Shown here in pieces: positions 7,339-16,710 of a DNA stretch of 28,940 nucleotides. The DNA is from Candidatus Methylomirabilia bacterium (GTDB lineage: Bacteria; Methylomirabilota; Methylomirabilia; Rokubacteriales; CSP1-6), in assembly GCA_041492755.1 (NCBI GenBank), contig JBGPXN010000048.1, forward strand, positions 1 to 28,940. Reading direction: 5' to 3'. Position numbers and translations under genes: made by a program. The notes below the pieces were generated by a model. The model was not told where the DNA came from. It did not search any database and was given only the letters and a program-made list of their open reading frames with translations. Each line of letters begins with the position of its first letter. Position 1 is the first letter of the stretch.

Positions 7339-8520
7339 CTAGCGGGAGATCGTGAAGCGCTGCCGGCCGTAGTGGTCCTCGTCCTTCCAGGGACGTCCCT
7401 CGGCGAACCGGGTGGCGCGAAACGGTGCGAGGTCGGCGGTTCGCGGGCGGCCGTGGACGATCCATTCCGCCAGGCAGCGGCCGATCGCGGGCGCCGTCTT
7501 GAAGGACGTGCCGGAGTCGCCCAGCATCGCGTAGAGCCCGGTGACGCCGGGCAGGCGGTCGATGATCGGGCGGCCGTCGCTGCTCATCATGATCATCCCC
7601 GCCCAGCCCCCGCGCATCGTCGCGGCGGCGAAGACCGGCCAGCGCGCCGTCAGCGCGCGGCGACCGCCGTCGACGTACGCCTGGTCGACGCCCTCGTCGA
7701 AGTCGTCCGGATCCGCGTGGCCGACGCCAAGCTCGACGCCGATGAGCGTGCAGGCGCCGCCCTCGGGCCGGAACCACGCGGCGTGGACGGCGTCGATCAC
7801 GGCCGGGTGCCGATGGGCAAAGCCAGACGGCCAGCGGAAGATGCTGACCTGCACGCGATGCGGGGTGAGTCCGAAGTCGAATCCGAGCGGCGCGAGCAGC
7901 GGCGTGGCCCACGCCCCCGGCGCCAGCACGACGACGGGCGCCTCGATCCGTCCCCCCGACGTCTCCACGCCCACGACCCTGCCGCTCTCGACGACGACCC
8001 GGGTCGCCTGGCACGGCACGTCGAGCGTCACGCCGAGCCGGCGCGCGGCCTCGGCGAACGCGAACGTCGTCGCGTTCGGGTCGGCGAAGCCGGAGCCCGG
8101 CTCCCATGCCGCGCCGCCGACGTCGTCCACACGACAGCCGGGAAGAATGCGCGCCAGCTCTTCGCCCTCGATCACGCGCGTGTCGATGCCCATCTTCTGC
8201 TGGCGGCCCACGTTCCGGGCGAGCGCGTCCTCGTAACCGGCGGGCACGATCTGCACGAAGCCGACGGGCTCGAAGCCGCAGTCGCCGCCGACGACGTCGG
8301 CGAAGTCGCGGAAGATCTTGAGGCTCTCCAGGGCCAATCGCGACTCGGTCTCGTTGGTGTAGTGCATCCGCACCAGCGCGCCGGACTTGCCGCTGGCGCC
8401 GGCGGCGAGGTGGCGGCGCTCGAGCACCACGACGTTGCGGACGCCGAGCGTGGCCAGCTGAAAGGCCGTGCTGGCGCCGATGACCCCGCCCCCGATGACG
8501 ACCACGTCGGCGCGTCTCAT
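7339..8520 (-). CDS. FAD-dependent oxidoreductase (DAO / sarcosine oxidase beta-subunit-like)
   Basis: Rossmann motif 'DVVVIGGGVIGASTAFQL', 'GASGKSGALVRMHY', 'DGRPII', 'SGTSFKTAPAIG'. Confidence 0.9.
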   Translation of the reverse strand: MRRADVVVIGGGVIGASTAFQLATLGVRNVVVLERRHLAAGASGKSGALVRMHYTNETESRLALESLKIFRDFADVVGGDCGFEPVGFVQIVPAGYEDALARNVGRQQKMGIDTRVIEGEELARILPGCRVDDVGGAAWEPGSGFADPNATTFAFAEAARRLGVTLDVPCQATRVVVESGRVVGVETSGGRIEAPVVVLAPGAWATPLLAPLGFDFGLTPHRVQVSIFRWPSGFAHRHPAVIDAVHAAWFRPEGGACTLIGVELGVGHADPDDFDEGVDQAYVDGGRRALTARWPVFAAATMRGGWAGMIMMSSDGRPIIDRLPGVTGLYAMLGDSGTSFKTAPAIGRCLAEWIVHGRPRTADLAPFRATRFAEGRPWKDEDHYGRQRFTISR

Positions 8521-8620
8521 CGCCTCGCCCTCCCGCCACGCCGATCGTCGCGCGCGGCTCCGACCGACACCTTAACCCCTCGCGTCCCCTGGATGCGACC
8601 GTACCCGCGGGGCGGGCAAC

Positions 8621-8651
8621 TTGACAGGACGTGCGAACCGCCGCATATCTA
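8621..8651 (+). promoter_or_regulatory. Possible sigma70 promoter for the peptide ABC operon
   Basis: Perfect TTGACA at 8621-8626, but only a weak -10 (CATATCTA) 17-19 bp downstream. Confidence 0.3.
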
Positions 8652-8695
8652 GGCCCCGCGATCCGATGCGATCATCCATGACGAGGGAGGCGCCC

Positions 8696-10240
8696 ATGGC
8701 CATGACCCGACGGGACTTGCTCAAGAGCGCGGCTGCGCTCGGAACCGCCGCCGTCGTTCCGGCGACGCTCACGAAGTCAGCGGCCGCCCAGACGACCCAG
8801 AAGAAAGAGCTGGTGGTCGCCCAGGGCGGCGACGTCGCGTTCTTCGATCCGCACATGAGCACATCGTCCAACGACATCCGGGTGTCCTTCAACATCTTCG
8901 ACAATCTCATCGCGCGCCATCCCGACGGTAAGCTGCAGCCCGCGCTCGCCACCGAGTGGAAGCTCGACGGGCAGACGACGTGGCGGTTCAAGCTCCGCAG
9001 TGGCGTGAAGTGGCACAACGGCGATCCGTTCACCTCCGCGGACGCCAAGTACAGCATCGAGCGCACGTACGATCCGAAGAACAGGCTGCGCGTGAACACG
9101 GTCCTCACGTCGATCGACCGCGTCGAGGCGCCGGATCCGGCGACGCTCGTCATCCACACCAAGAAGCCCGACCCGCTGCTGCCGGCGCGGCTCGCCTTCT
9201 ACGGTGGCCAGATCGTCCCCAAGAAGTACCTGGAATCGGTGGGGCCGGACACGTTCAACCAGAAGCCGGTCGGGACCGGACCGCTGCGCCTGGTGTCGTG
9301 GACCAAGGACGACAAGGCGATCTTCGAAGCCAATGGGGACTACTGGGGCGGCAAACCGGACTTCGACCGGATGATCCTGCGCGCCGTGCCCGAGATGGCG
9401 CCGCGCGTGGCCGGGCTGCTCAAGGGCGAGGTGGACATCGTCACCCAGCTCCCGCCCGACCAGGGCGAGAGGGTGAAGGCCAACGCCTCCACGCGCGTGG
9501 CCGGCGCGCTCTACGCCGGCCTCTACGTGCTCGCCGTCAACAGCGGGCGGCCGCCCCTCGACAACCCGCTCGTGAAGCAGGCGCTGTCGCTGGCCATTGA
9601 TCGCGACCTGATCGTGAAGGAGCTCTGGCGCGGGCGCGGCATCGTGCCGAGTGGGCCCATTGCCAAGGGCGACAACCACTTCGACGCTTCGCTACCGGCG
9701 CTGGCCTACGACCCGAAAGAGGCGCGCGAGCGGCTCAAGAAGAGCGGCTACAAGAACGAGGAGATCGTCATCGAGACGACCTCGGGCTACACCGCCAACG
9801 ACAAGCCGATGTCCGAGGCGATCGTGGCCATGTGGCGCGACGTCGGGATCAACGCCAAGGTCGAGGTGCTCGAGTATTCGGTGCGCGCCCAGAAGAACAC
9901 GCAGAAGACCTTCAAGGGCCTCTGGTGGTCCGATCCCACGTCGACCCTCGCTGATCCCGACGGCATGATGTGGCGGCTGCTGTCGCCGGGCGGCCCCCAG
10001 GATTACTGGCGGCACCCGAAGTTCGACGAGCTGGGAGCCGCCGCCCACTTCTCGGTGGACGAGAAGTTCCGCGGCCAGGCCTACCGCGAGATGACGAAGA
10101 TCGCGCTCGAGCACCTGCCCTGGATCCCCGTGATCCAGCCCTACGAGGACTACGGGCTGCAGAAATACGTGGAGTGGACGCCGAACCCGAACCAGCAGTT
10201 CGAAGTCCGGCGCTTCGCCTTCAAGTTCAAGCGCGCCTGA
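8696..10240 (+). CDS. ABC transporter substrate-binding protein, family 5 (peptide/nickel, DppA/OppA-like), Tat-exported
   Basis: RBS GGGAGG; Tat signal 'TRRDLLK'; 'QPALATEW', 'FKLRSGVKWHNGDPFTSAD', 'PVGTGP'. Confidence 0.92.
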   Translation: MAMTRRDLLKSAAALGTAAVVPATLTKSAAAQTTQKKELVVAQGGDVAFFDPHMSTSSNDIRVSFNIFDNLIARHPDGKLQPALATEWKLDGQTTWRFKLRSGVKWHNGDPFTSADAKYSIERTYDPKNRLRVNTVLTSIDRVEAPDPATLVIHTKKPDPLLPARLAFYGGQIVPKKYLESVGPDTFNQKPVGTGPLRLVSWTKDDKAIFEANGDYWGGKPDFDRMILRAVPEMAPRVAGLLKGEVDIVTQLPPDQGERVKANASTRVAGALYAGLYVLAVNSGRPPLDNPLVKQALSLAIDRDLIVKELWRGRGIVPSGPIAKGDNHFDASLPALAYDPKEARERLKKSGYKNEEIVIETTSGYTANDKPMSEAIVAMWRDVGINAKVEVLEYSVRAQKNTQKTFKGLWWSDPTSTLADPDGMMWRLLSPGGPQDYWRHPKFDELGAAAHFSVDEKFRGQAYREMTKIALEHLPWIPVIQPYEDYGLQKYVEWTPNPNQQFEVRRFAFKFKRA

Positions 10241-10249
10241 CGGACGCCT

Positions 10250-10283
10250 GACCGGGTCGGGCGGGACGCCGCCCGGCCCGGTC
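10250..10283 (+). terminator. Intercistronic GC-rich stem-loop after the binding-protein gene (mRNA stabiliser or partial terminator)
   Basis: GACCGGGTCGGGCGG-GACG-CCGCCCGGCCCGGTC, a 15-bp stem with one G-U pair and no U-tract. Confidence 0.5.
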
Positions 10284-10288
10284 GTGTC

Positions 10289-11215
10289 ATGCGCGGCCTC
10301 CTCGGCTTCCTCGGCGTCCGGCTCGTCCGCGCTCTCATCGCGCTCTGGCTGGTCACCACCGTCGTGTTCGTGGTGATGCGGCTCTCCGGCGATCCCGTGC
10401 CGCTGCTGCTCCCGCCCGATGCGCCCCGCAGCGAGATCGCCCGCGTGCGCACGGAGCTCGGCCTCGACCAGCCCCTACCGGTCCAGTACGGAGTCTTTCT
10501 CGCCAACGTGCTCCGCGGCGACTTCGGCCGCTCCATCCACTTTCGCGAGCCGGCGTTTCGGGTGGTCCTCGGCTATCTGCCCGCCACCATCGAGCTCGGG
10601 CTCACTGCCTTCGTCCTGGCCGTGGTGGTGGCGCTGCCCATCGGCTTGCTCTCCGCCATCCGGCGCAACTCGCTGCTCGACCACGCCACCATGGGGCTCG
10701 CGCTGGTGGGCCAGTCGGCGCCCACGTTCTTCGTCGGCATCCTCTTGATCCTCGGCGTCTCGCTCAAGGCCGGCTTGCTGCCGACCTCAGGCCGCGGCGA
10801 CTGGCGCAATCTCGTGCTGCCGGCGACGACGCTCGGCGCCTTTGCCATGGCCTCGATCGCGCGGCTCACGCGCTCGGCCGTGCTCGAGGTCCTGCGCGCC
10901 GACTACGTGCGGACGGCGCGGGCGAAGGGGCTGGCCGAGCGCCTGGTGGTGCTGAAGCACACGCTGAAGAACGCGGCGGTGCCCATCGTCACCATCACCG
11001 GCCTGCAGTTCGGCGCGCTGCTCGGCGGGGCCGTGGTCACCGAGACGGTCTTCGCGTGGCCCGGGATCGGCCGGTTGGCGATCCAGTCGATCTACAACCG
11101 CGACTACCCGGTCGTGCAGTGCGCGGTGTTCCTGTCCGCGCTGATGTTCATCGTCATCAACTTCTGCATCGACCTCGTCTATGGCCTCCTCGATCCCCGT
11201 ACCCGTCCCCGCTGA
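10289..11215 (+). CDS. Peptide/nickel ABC transporter permease (DppB/OppB-like)
   Basis: 'LGLDQPLPVQY', 'GDFGRS', EAA loop 'DYVRTARAKGL', 'ETVFAWPGIG', 'RDYPVVQ'. Confidence 0.93.
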   Translation: MRGLLGFLGVRLVRALIALWLVTTVVFVVMRLSGDPVPLLLPPDAPRSEIARVRTELGLDQPLPVQYGVFLANVLRGDFGRSIHFREPAFRVVLGYLPATIELGLTAFVLAVVVALPIGLLSAIRRNSLLDHATMGLALVGQSAPTFFVGILLILGVSLKAGLLPTSGRGDWRNLVLPATTLGAFAMASIARLTRSAVLEVLRADYVRTARAKGLAERLVVLKHTLKNAAVPIVTITGLQFGALLGGAVVTETVFAWPGIGRLAIQSIYNRDYPVVQCAVFLSALMFIVINFCIDLVYGLLDPRTRPR

Positions 11216-12083
11216 CCCCGGCGTGGCTGCGGCGCCCCCGCGTCCCCGCGGACGGCGGATGCCGTGGCCAACCATGGCCGGCGTGGTGTTCGTCGGACTG
11301 GTGGCCACCCTCGCCATCGGCGCGCCGTGGGTCGCCCCCCAGGACCCGGTGCGACAGTCGCTGCGCGCGCGGCTGGCGGCGCCGACGAGGGCGGCCGCCG
11401 ACGAGAAGGCGCATCTGCTCGGTACCGATCACCTCGGCCGCGACGTGCTGTCGCGGATGATCCACGGCGCGCGCGTGTCGCTCCTCGTCGGCGTGGCCGC
11501 CGTCGTCGTGGGCGGCCTGCTGGGCGCGAGCCTCGGGCTCCTCGCCGGCTTCCGGGCGGGATGGATCGAGGGCGTGATCATGACGGTCGCCGACGCCCAG
11601 CTCGCCTTCCCGTTCATTCTGCTCGCTATCGGCATCATTGCCGTGATCGGCCCCAGCTTTCCCACCCTCGTCGTCGTGATCGGGCTCTCGGGCTGGGTCT
11701 CCTACGCGCGCATTTTGCGCTCACAGGTCCTGAGCCTGCGCGCGCGCGAGTTCGTGGAAGCCGTCCACGGGCTCGGCGGCGGCGCGCTGCGCATCATCGC
11801 CCGCCACGTCCTGCCCAACGTGCTGTCGTCGCTGGTGGTCATCGCGACGCTGGAGCTGGCGCGGGCGATCGTGCTGGAAGCGACGCTGTCCTTCCTGGGC
11901 CTCGGCATCCAGCCGCCGACGCCGTCCTGGGGCGGCATGATCCACGAAGGCCGCGAGTATCTCGACTCCGCGTGGTGGATCTCGACCTGTCCGGGGCTGC
12001 TCCTGATGCTCACCTCGCTGGTGGTGAGCCGCACCGGCGACTGGCTGCGCGACGTGCTGGACCCGACCCTGCGGGGCGAATAG
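11181..12083 (+). CDS. Peptide/nickel ABC transporter permease (DppC/OppC-like)
   Basis: 'HLLGTDHLGRDVLSRMIHGARVSL', 'RHVLPNV', 'EATLSFLGLGIQPPTPSWG'. The start is uncertain (11181, 11223 or 11259). Confidence 0.92.
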   Translation: MASSIPVPVPADPGVAAAPPRPRGRRMPWPTMAGVVFVGLVATLAIGAPWVAPQDPVRQSLRARLAAPTRAAADEKAHLLGTDHLGRDVLSRMIHGARVSLLVGVAAVVVGGLLGASLGLLAGFRAGWIEGVIMTVADAQLAFPFILLAIGIIAVIGPSFPTLVVVIGLSGWVSYARILRSQVLSLRAREFVEAVHGLGGGALRIIARHVLPNVLSSLVVIATLELARAIVLEATLSFLGLGIQPPTPSWGGMIHEGREYLDSAWWISTCPGLLLMLTSLVVSRTGDWLRDVLDPTLRGE

Positions 12084-12098
12084 CAAGCGGCCGAGAGC

Positions 12099-12986
12099 TC
12101 AGGCCGGTCGTACGAGAATTGCCTGAGCGCGCTGGCGAAGCGCGTCGGGCAACGGTGCCGGCCGGCGCGCGTCGAGATCGAGGTGCACGCCGGATTGCTC
12201 CAGCGACGCGACCGCCTCCCCGCTCCGCTCGTTCGTCATCACGTGGAGCAGGCGTATCGACGAATTGCCCACGTGCACGAGGCCGGTGCGGACGACCACG
12301 GGGTCACCGGCGGCCAGGCCGCCCGCGAACGTGCACTGGAACTCGAACGTCGAGAACCCACGGTTCGCCTCGCGCATGTAGCCGGGGCTCAGGCCGAAGG
12401 CCGCGAGCGCGTGGGCGTTGGCGGCGGAGAAGCGATGGATGTAGGCGTGCAGGCCGAGCCGGCCGAACGCGTCCATCTCGCCCGGCTTGACCGTGTCGCG
12501 GGCTGAATCGTGAAAGCCGTCGAGGCCGGAGGGCCGGGGCCGTCGCTCCCGCGCCGGAGCGTCCCAAACCACCCGTCGCGACTCGGCGGCGCGCCGGTGC
12601 TCGTCGGTCAAGGCGGTGGCTTTGCCGTCGCCGCCCACGTGAACCAGGCGCTGCTCGAACGTCGTGCAGAGCGCGCCGGTCTCGGAGTCGAAGAGCTTGT
12701 GCCCGAGCACGAGCGCATCCTTCTCCACCGTGATCACGCCGGTCGTCACGTGCATGATGTCGGCGACGCGCAGCTCCTTGACGTAGCGCACGAAGCAATC
12801 GGCGATCGCGCAGCCGCGCTGCGTGCGCTCCGTGTAGCCGGCGCCCAAGCCCAGCGAGTGCGTGGTGGCGCGCGTCGCGTCGCCCAGGCGCTCGAAATAG
12901 TAGGCGACGGTCAGGTGGTCGTTGCTGTCGACCTCCCAGCGGAAGACGGTGCCCCGGTACGTCTCGAGCCAGCCGGTGTCGTTCAT
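12099..12986 (-). CDS. Tandem hotdog-fold acyl-CoA thioesterase
   Basis: Two 4HBT-like repeats ('WEVDSNDHLTVAYY' and 'GEMDAFGRLGLHAY') and a C-terminal 'VHLDLDARRPAPLPD'. Confidence 0.82.
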   Translation of the reverse strand: MNDTGWLETYRGTVFRWEVDSNDHLTVAYYFERLGDATRATTHSLGLGAGYTERTQRGCAIADCFVRYVKELRVADIMHVTTGVITVEKDALVLGHKLFDSETGALCTTFEQRLVHVGGDGKATALTDEHRRAAESRRVVWDAPARERRPRPSGLDGFHDSARDTVKPGEMDAFGRLGLHAYIHRFSAANAHALAAFGLSPGYMREANRGFSTFEFQCTFAGGLAAGDPVVVRTGLVHVGNSSIRLLHVMTNERSGEAVASLEQSGVHLDLDARRPAPLPDALRQRAQAILVRPA

Positions 12987-13000
12987 GGCGCCATCCTAGC

Positions 13001-13120
13001 CTGGATTATTCATGAGCGACGAGCGGGAGGCCCGGCGGGTGGCGCAGGGCAGAGCCACGGGGCTCTGCCCTGCGCCAGGTCCCGCCCGCCTCGCGCTCCG
13101 AGCGCTCATGAATAATCCAG
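13001..13120. mobile_element. MITE-like/palindromic element B (120 bp), same terminal family as element A
   Basis: Perfect 18-bp IR CTGGATTATTCATGAGCG / CGCTCATGAATAATCCAG, a perfect 17-bp inner hairpin at 13040-13077 and CTAG at 12996-12999. Confidence 0.72.
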
Positions 13121-13147
13121 TCCTGGCCGATTGCCGCGCGTCGTGGA

Positions 13148-14338
13148 TCAGCACGGCACGAGTCGGCGGGCGAGGAGCTCGTTGCGCAGGCCTTCGGCGA
13201 GGACGAACACGCCGGAGAAGTCGTGGTGGAAGTCGTCACGGCGGTAGAGCGGCCAGTCGGTCCGCTCGCGGTCGCGGAAGAAGCCGAGCAGGTTGATCAC
13301 CGGGAAGCCCTCGCGCCGGCCGAGCGCTTCCAGGATCTGGAACGGTCGCTCGGACGGATACAGCCCGGGGCCCACCCCCAGCTTGAGACGACCTTCGGGC
13401 GACTCGACCTCGCTGATCTGGTGCCCGTGCGGGTACGTCATGAGCGCAAACGGAACGCCGCGGGCGCGGGCGGCGTCGCGGATGCCGACGATGTAGCGCT
13501 CGGTGAGGGCCCACGCCGCGCGGTGCTGCGGGAAGTCGCCCTCGCGCGTGACGGCCAGCGTGTCGTACTGCACGTGGCCGATGAGCCCGAGCGCCTCCAG
13601 CCGCTGGTAGCCCAGCTTCACCGGACCGAACAGCCTCTCGCCGAGCCCGGAGGTGCGGAAGTTCTGGTAGAGCAGCGAGCGGTGCAGCAGCATCTCCGCC
13701 GGCTCCAGGAAGCGCAGGGCCGCCGGCTTGCGCAGCGGCGGCAGGATGACCGCGGTCTCGCGGCGCCGGTCGGGCGGCACCGATACCGGCAGGCCCCGCG
13801 CGTCGAGCCGGGCGATGGCCGTGCGCACCCAGTCGTCGTGCACGTCGGTCATGTCGAAGTTGAGCACGATCAAGTCGGGGTCGAGGCGGAGGCCCACGCG
13901 CGCCAGCAACAGGTATTCCAGGATCGGCGAGTAGCTGGCCACGCCGGCGTTGATCACTTCGAACCGTCGGCCGCACCGCCGCTCGTTGAGGAACGTCTCC
14001 AGCAGCTTGGGCGCGGTCGTCTCCAGGGTGAAGCCGGCGCCCTCGGTGAACGAGTCGCCCAGCATGAAGATCCGGAAGACCCCGGGGGGCTTGGGCATCG
14101 CGATCTCGCGGTCGCGCAGGGCCAGTGAATTGGTCGCGAACGGCGCGCCGAGCACGATGCGCGACCAGTTCGGCCGCAGGCGATGATGATGGATGGGATC
14201 GGCGGTCATGTGGCTGCGGGGCGAGGACCGCACGCCGGTGATGATTCGCAGCCCGACCTCGGCGACGGCGAGGGCGACGATCACGCTGGCGAGGACGAGG
14301 AGCGCGGGCGCGAGCCGGCCCCGGCCGCGCGCGCTCAC
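13148..14338 (-). CDS. Membrane-anchored SGNH/GDSL hydrolase-like protein
   Basis: N-terminal TM helix 'LLVLASVIVALAVAEVGLRI', block I 'MLGDSFTEG', block II 'INAGVASYS', C-terminal D-x-x-H ('DDFH'). The GTG start at 14338 is inferred. Confidence 0.8.
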   Translation of the reverse strand: MSARGRGRLAPALLVLASVIVALAVAEVGLRIITGVRSSPRSHMTADPIHHHRLRPNWSRIVLGAPFATNSLALRDREIAMPKPPGVFRIFMLGDSFTEGAGFTLETTAPKLLETFLNERRCGRRFEVINAGVASYSPILEYLLLARVGLRLDPDLIVLNFDMTDVHDDWVRTAIARLDARGLPVSVPPDRRRETAVILPPLRKPAALRFLEPAEMLLHRSLLYQNFRTSGLGERLFGPVKLGYQRLEALGLIGHVQYDTLAVTREGDFPQHRAAWALTERYIVGIRDAARARGVPFALMTYPHGHQISEVESPEGRLKLGVGPGLYPSERPFQILEALGRREGFPVINLLGFFRDRERTDWPLYRRDDFHHDFSGVFVLAEGLRNELLARRLVPC

Positions 14339-14360
14339 CGGGCGGCGATGTCCGGTCGCC

Positions 14361-15158
14361 TCACCCGCGCCAGCGGGAGAGCCGCTCGTTGAGCGCGTCC
14401 AGCCCGAGCACGATGGCGATGGACGCCGCGGAGACCAGCCCGGTGGCCGCGAACAATTCGGGCGCCCGGAAACCGTTGGCCAGCGAGCCCATGACGTGAC
14501 CCATGCCACGGATACCCGCGAACATCTCGACGACCAGCACACCGAGCAGACAGAACACGATCCCGAGCCGCATGCTCGCGAGCACGGTCGGCACGATAGC
14601 GGGCAGGATCACCTTGAGATAGATCTGCGCCCGTCGCGCGCCCAGCGAGCGGGCCACGGTCAACAGCGTGCGGTCGACGTCGCGCACGGCCCCGATGACA
14701 AGGATCAGGATCGGGAAGAAGCCGTGGATCGTCCCGTAGAGGACGGCGGGCGCCGTGCCGAAACCGAGCAGCAGCACGATCCACGGCAAGATCAGGATCT
14801 TCGGCATGCCGTACAGCGCGCCAACGAACGGATGGAGGACCGCGTTCACGGCCGGCACCGACCCGATGACGAGCGCCGCCCCCACCCCGAGCAGGACGGA
14901 CAGCACGTAGGCGATCGCGGTCTTGGACAGGGTGTCGACCAGGCCATCCACGGCCGGGCCGGCGACCAGGGCAAAGCCACGCGCGACCGCGCTCGGCGTC
15001 GGCACGAACAGCGGATCGACCCACCCCGCCCGCGCCACGCCCTCCCACAGCGCGAGCACCGCGAGCACGCTGCCCGCCTGCAGCAGCCGTACGCGCGCGC
15101 GTTCGGAAAGCCGGCTGCTGACGCCGCTCAGCGTCCGCGCGGACAATCGAGTGCTCAC
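14361..15158 (-). CDS. NitT/TauT-family ABC transporter permease
   Basis: EAA-like 'LTVARSLGARRAQIYLKVILPA'. The GTG start overlaps the upstream stop (alternative start 15167). Confidence 0.9.
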   Translation of the reverse strand: MSTRLSARTLSGVSSRLSERARVRLLQAGSVLAVLALWEGVARAGWVDPLFVPTPSAVARGFALVAGPAVDGLVDTLSKTAIAYVLSVLLGVGAALVIGSVPAVNAVLHPFVGALYGMPKILILPWIVLLLGFGTAPAVLYGTIHGFFPILILVIGAVRDVDRTLLTVARSLGARRAQIYLKVILPAIVPTVLASMRLGIVFCLLGVLVVEMFAGIRGMGHVMGSLANGFRAPELFAATGLVSAASIAIVLGLDALNERLSRWRG

Positions 15159-15907
15159 GCTGTCCACCGCCGGGCCCGGCGTTCGAGCAGGCTGGCTCCG
15201 GCGTCGGACGCGACGACGAGCACGAGCGTCAGGAGCACGAGCGCGGCGTAGTCAGCGGTCCGGAAGAGCCCGTACGCGTGGTTGATGAGCGAGCCCAGGC
15301 CGGCCCTGGAGCCGAGGATCTCCCCCACGATCACGCCGACCACGGAGAGCGCGAGCCCGGTGCGCAGGCCCCCGACGAGCGTGAAGAGCATGGCCGGCAG
15401 CAGCACCTTCACGAAGATCGCGGCGGGGCGCGCGCCGAAGGCCGTCGCCACCGTCACCAGCTGTGGATTGACCTGGCGGATCCCGGCGAGCACGGCCAGC
15501 GCGATCGGGAAGAAGCCGAGGAGAAACCCGAACGCGATCTTCGACGCGGCGTCCAGGCCGAAGAACAGCATGAGCGACGGGTACCAGACGACGGCGGGTA
15601 CGGCATAGAGCGCGGCGAGGATCGGCCCCCATGCGCGGCCGAAGGTCTTGTTCATGGCGAGGAGGAACCCGATGCCGAGGCCGGCGCCGACGGCCAGCGC
15701 GTAGGCAAGCGCGATTTCGCGGACGGTCAGCCCCAGATGCGCGGGCAGGTCTGGATACGAGCGAAGGGCGAGCAGCTCCCGGACGGCGGGCACGACCGCC
15801 GTCGGCGGCACGTACAGCAGTGGGTTGGCCAGGCGTGCCCCCACTTCCCAGACGAGCAACAGGCCGATGAACAGGAGCACACGGATCGCGACGACGGTGA
15901 CGCTCAC
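15155..15907 (-). CDS. NitT/TauT-family ABC transporter permease
   Basis: 'VATAFGARPAAIFVKVLLPA', 'VIVGEILGSRAGLG'; overlaps both neighbours. Confidence 0.9.
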   Translation of the reverse strand: MSVTVVAIRVLLFIGLLLVWEVGARLANPLLYVPPTAVVPAVRELLALRSYPDLPAHLGLTVREIALAYALAVGAGLGIGFLLAMNKTFGRAWGPILAALYAVPAVVWYPSLMLFFGLDAASKIAFGFLLGFFPIALAVLAGIRQVNPQLVTVATAFGARPAAIFVKVLLPAMLFTLVGGLRTGLALSVVGVIVGEILGSRAGLGSLINHAYGLFRTADYAALVLLTLVLVVASDAGASLLERRARRWTA

Positions 15908-16680
15908 GCCTCGCTCATCGCCCGCAGCGATTCCTCACGGATCTCGTGCCACAGCTTCGCCCGCAAGGAGACGAGCTCGACGCTCTCCATCGAGCGCGGA
16001 TACGGCAGGTCGAGCGGCAGCACGGTCTTCACCCGGCCCGGCCGCGCGGTCATCACCACGACCCGCGTGGAGAGCGCGAGGGCCTCGTGCAGGCTGTGGG
16101 TCACGAAGATCACCGTCTTGCTCGTGCGCCGCCAGATGTCGAGCAGCCAGTCGCCCATGAGCATGCGCGTCTGCTCGTCGAGCGCGCCGAACGGCTCGTC
16201 CATCAATAGTATTCGCGTGTCGATGGCCAGCGCGCGGCCGATCGCCACCCGCTGCCGCATCCCCCCGGACAGCTCGCGCGGGTACTTGGCGGCGAAGTCC
16301 TTGAGCCCGAGCGGACCGAGGAGGTCGCCGGCGATGCGGCGGCGGCGCTCACGCGGAACGCCCTGCAGCTCGAGGCCGAAGGCCACGTTGTCGAGCGCGG
16401 TCCGCCACGGAAAGAGCCCGGGATCCTGGAACACGGTGGCCACGCGCGCCGGGTCGGGACCGGTCACCGCCTCACCGGCGATGAGGACGCGCCCGGTGTC
16501 GGGCTGGACGAGTCCGCCCAGCATGCCGAGCACGGTCGATTTCCCGCAGCCGGACGGCCCGATGATCGTGCAGAACTCGCCGTCACCGACGGAGAGCGAG
16601 ACGTCGGCGAGGGCGTCGACCGCCCCCGAGGAGGTCAGATAGCGCTTGGCGACGCGCTCGATGGCGATGAGGGGCGTCAC
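15904..16680 (-). CDS. NitT/TauT-family ABC transporter ATP-binding protein
   Basis: Walker A 'GPSGCGKS', signature 'LSGGMRQ', Walker B 'LLMDEPFGALD', H-loop 'FVTH'. Confidence 0.95.
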   Translation of the reverse strand: MTPLIAIERVAKRYLTSSGAVDALADVSLSVGDGEFCTIIGPSGCGKSTVLGMLGGLVQPDTGRVLIAGEAVTGPDPARVATVFQDPGLFPWRTALDNVAFGLELQGVPRERRRRIAGDLLGPLGLKDFAAKYPRELSGGMRQRVAIGRALAIDTRILLMDEPFGALDEQTRMLMGDWLLDIWRRTSKTVIFVTHSLHEALALSTRVVVMTARPGRVKTVLPLDLPYPRSMESVELVSLRAKLWHEIREESLRAMSEA

Positions 16681-16710
16681 GCCGCCCCCGGGTCGGTCGA
16701 GCCGCCGGAT

